Assembly: GCA_963514005.1 (NCBI GenBank)
Contig: OY740792.1
Span: 36,084,001 to 36,148,000 of the forward strand
Reading direction: 5' to 3'
From: Raja brachyura
Taxonomy: Eukaryota
DNA: 64,000 nucleotides
The stretch's first letter is position 1. Every line of letters begins with the position of its first letter. The position numbers and the translations under genes were made by a program. A model generated the notes under the pieces. That model was not told the origin of the DNA and ran no database searches. It was given only the letters and a program-made list of their open reading frames with translations. Below, in pieces: positions 63,110-64,000 of the stretch.

Positions 63110-64000
63110 TAAGGCAGGAACTACTGCTGCACCACTGTGCTGCCCTAATGTTATTGGGATACATAGCAAAAATCAAAATTTGCTAAAGGAATAATTTCAA
63201 ATTAATCCAGGAGGATTTTTATCTTGATTAGGAAGGGCGTCAAAGGTGATGGGGATAAGGCAGGAGAATGGGGTTGTGAGGGGAGATAGATCAGTCATGA
63301 TTGAACGCAGAAGCTGACTTGTTGGGCTGAATGGCATCATTCTGCTCCTATGTATTATTATGGTCTTTAATTGTACAACTGTGTGTACAGCTTACATTGA
63401 GATCAAAGGATATTGAAGACCCAATGTCATGGAATAGATAAAATGTGTAGGGAGGAACCGCAGATACTGGTTTAGATTGAAGATAGACACAATAAGCTGG
63501 AGCAAGTCAGCGGGACAGGCAACATTTCTGGAGAAAAGGAATAGGTGACGTTTCAGGTTGAGACCCTTCTTCAGACGCTCATTGTGTAGAGTTAGACTAC
63601 TGTTCCCTTGATTCTAAAGCTGTACCTAAGTTGATATTCTCAAAGCATTCACCATTTACAAAGCAAGGAACAGTGATCATAATTCAATAAGCTTCATGCA
63701 CACCTAGACAATTTAAACAGAATTAATTAACCCATCTGATGTCAGTCCAGATGGGCCATGTAAACAAACAGGCAGATCTTAAACGCAACGCTAACCCACC
63801 GAGCATGAATATCACTAATTCTATCAAGGGCTATTAATGAAAACGGGGATTAAAAACATCTTCACAGTGATGAGAGCAAGATGCTGTGTGGCACTCACTA
63901 AAACTACCTGTTAAATGGCTCGTTTATACAAAAATATGGCTCAAATACTCAACGATAGACACAGAATGACTCAGCGGGTCAGGCAGCATCTCTGGAGAAA

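Noticed and set aside
1-64000. Hundreds of 60-180 aa ORFs in the track
   Set aside because: They fall in SINE, CR1, Rex1, PLE or MITE copies, recur with similar text, and lack splice-consistent domain structure.

Overview
This is vertebrate DNA, not prokaryotic. The repeat content (HE1-type tRNA/V-SINEs, CR1 LINEs, Rex1/Babar LINE tails, Penelope-like elements) points to a cartilaginous fish such as a skate or ray; this is an inference. The only convincing host coding sequence is a 378-nt phase-1/phase-1 exon on the minus strand (2147-2524). It encodes the first V-type Ig domain of an EWI-family protein, most like IGSF3. A candidate upstream signal-peptide/5'UTR exon lies at about 45309-45729 (-), but its start codon appears to be one base short. 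If it is real, most of the window is one ~43-kb intron plus upstream DNA. The rest is densely nested mobile DNA: a young CR1 RT fragment, a Penelope GIY-YIG fragment, a ~6.2-kb pol-less LTR element with a gag zinc knuckle, a classic non-autonomous Helitron, and Harbinger/pogo/hAT MITEs. The most striking signal is dozens of ~130-200-bp Penelope-derived units carrying a minimal hammerhead-ribozyme motif (CTGAAGA-A-GGGTC-TC-GACCC-GAAA-CG-TC). They insert singly with their own TSDs or as head-to-head dimers, and many lie sense to the IGSF3-like pre-mRNA. Almost all other ORFs in the track are spurious translations of repeats. Repeat boundaries are read by eye and are approximate unless a TSD is quoted.
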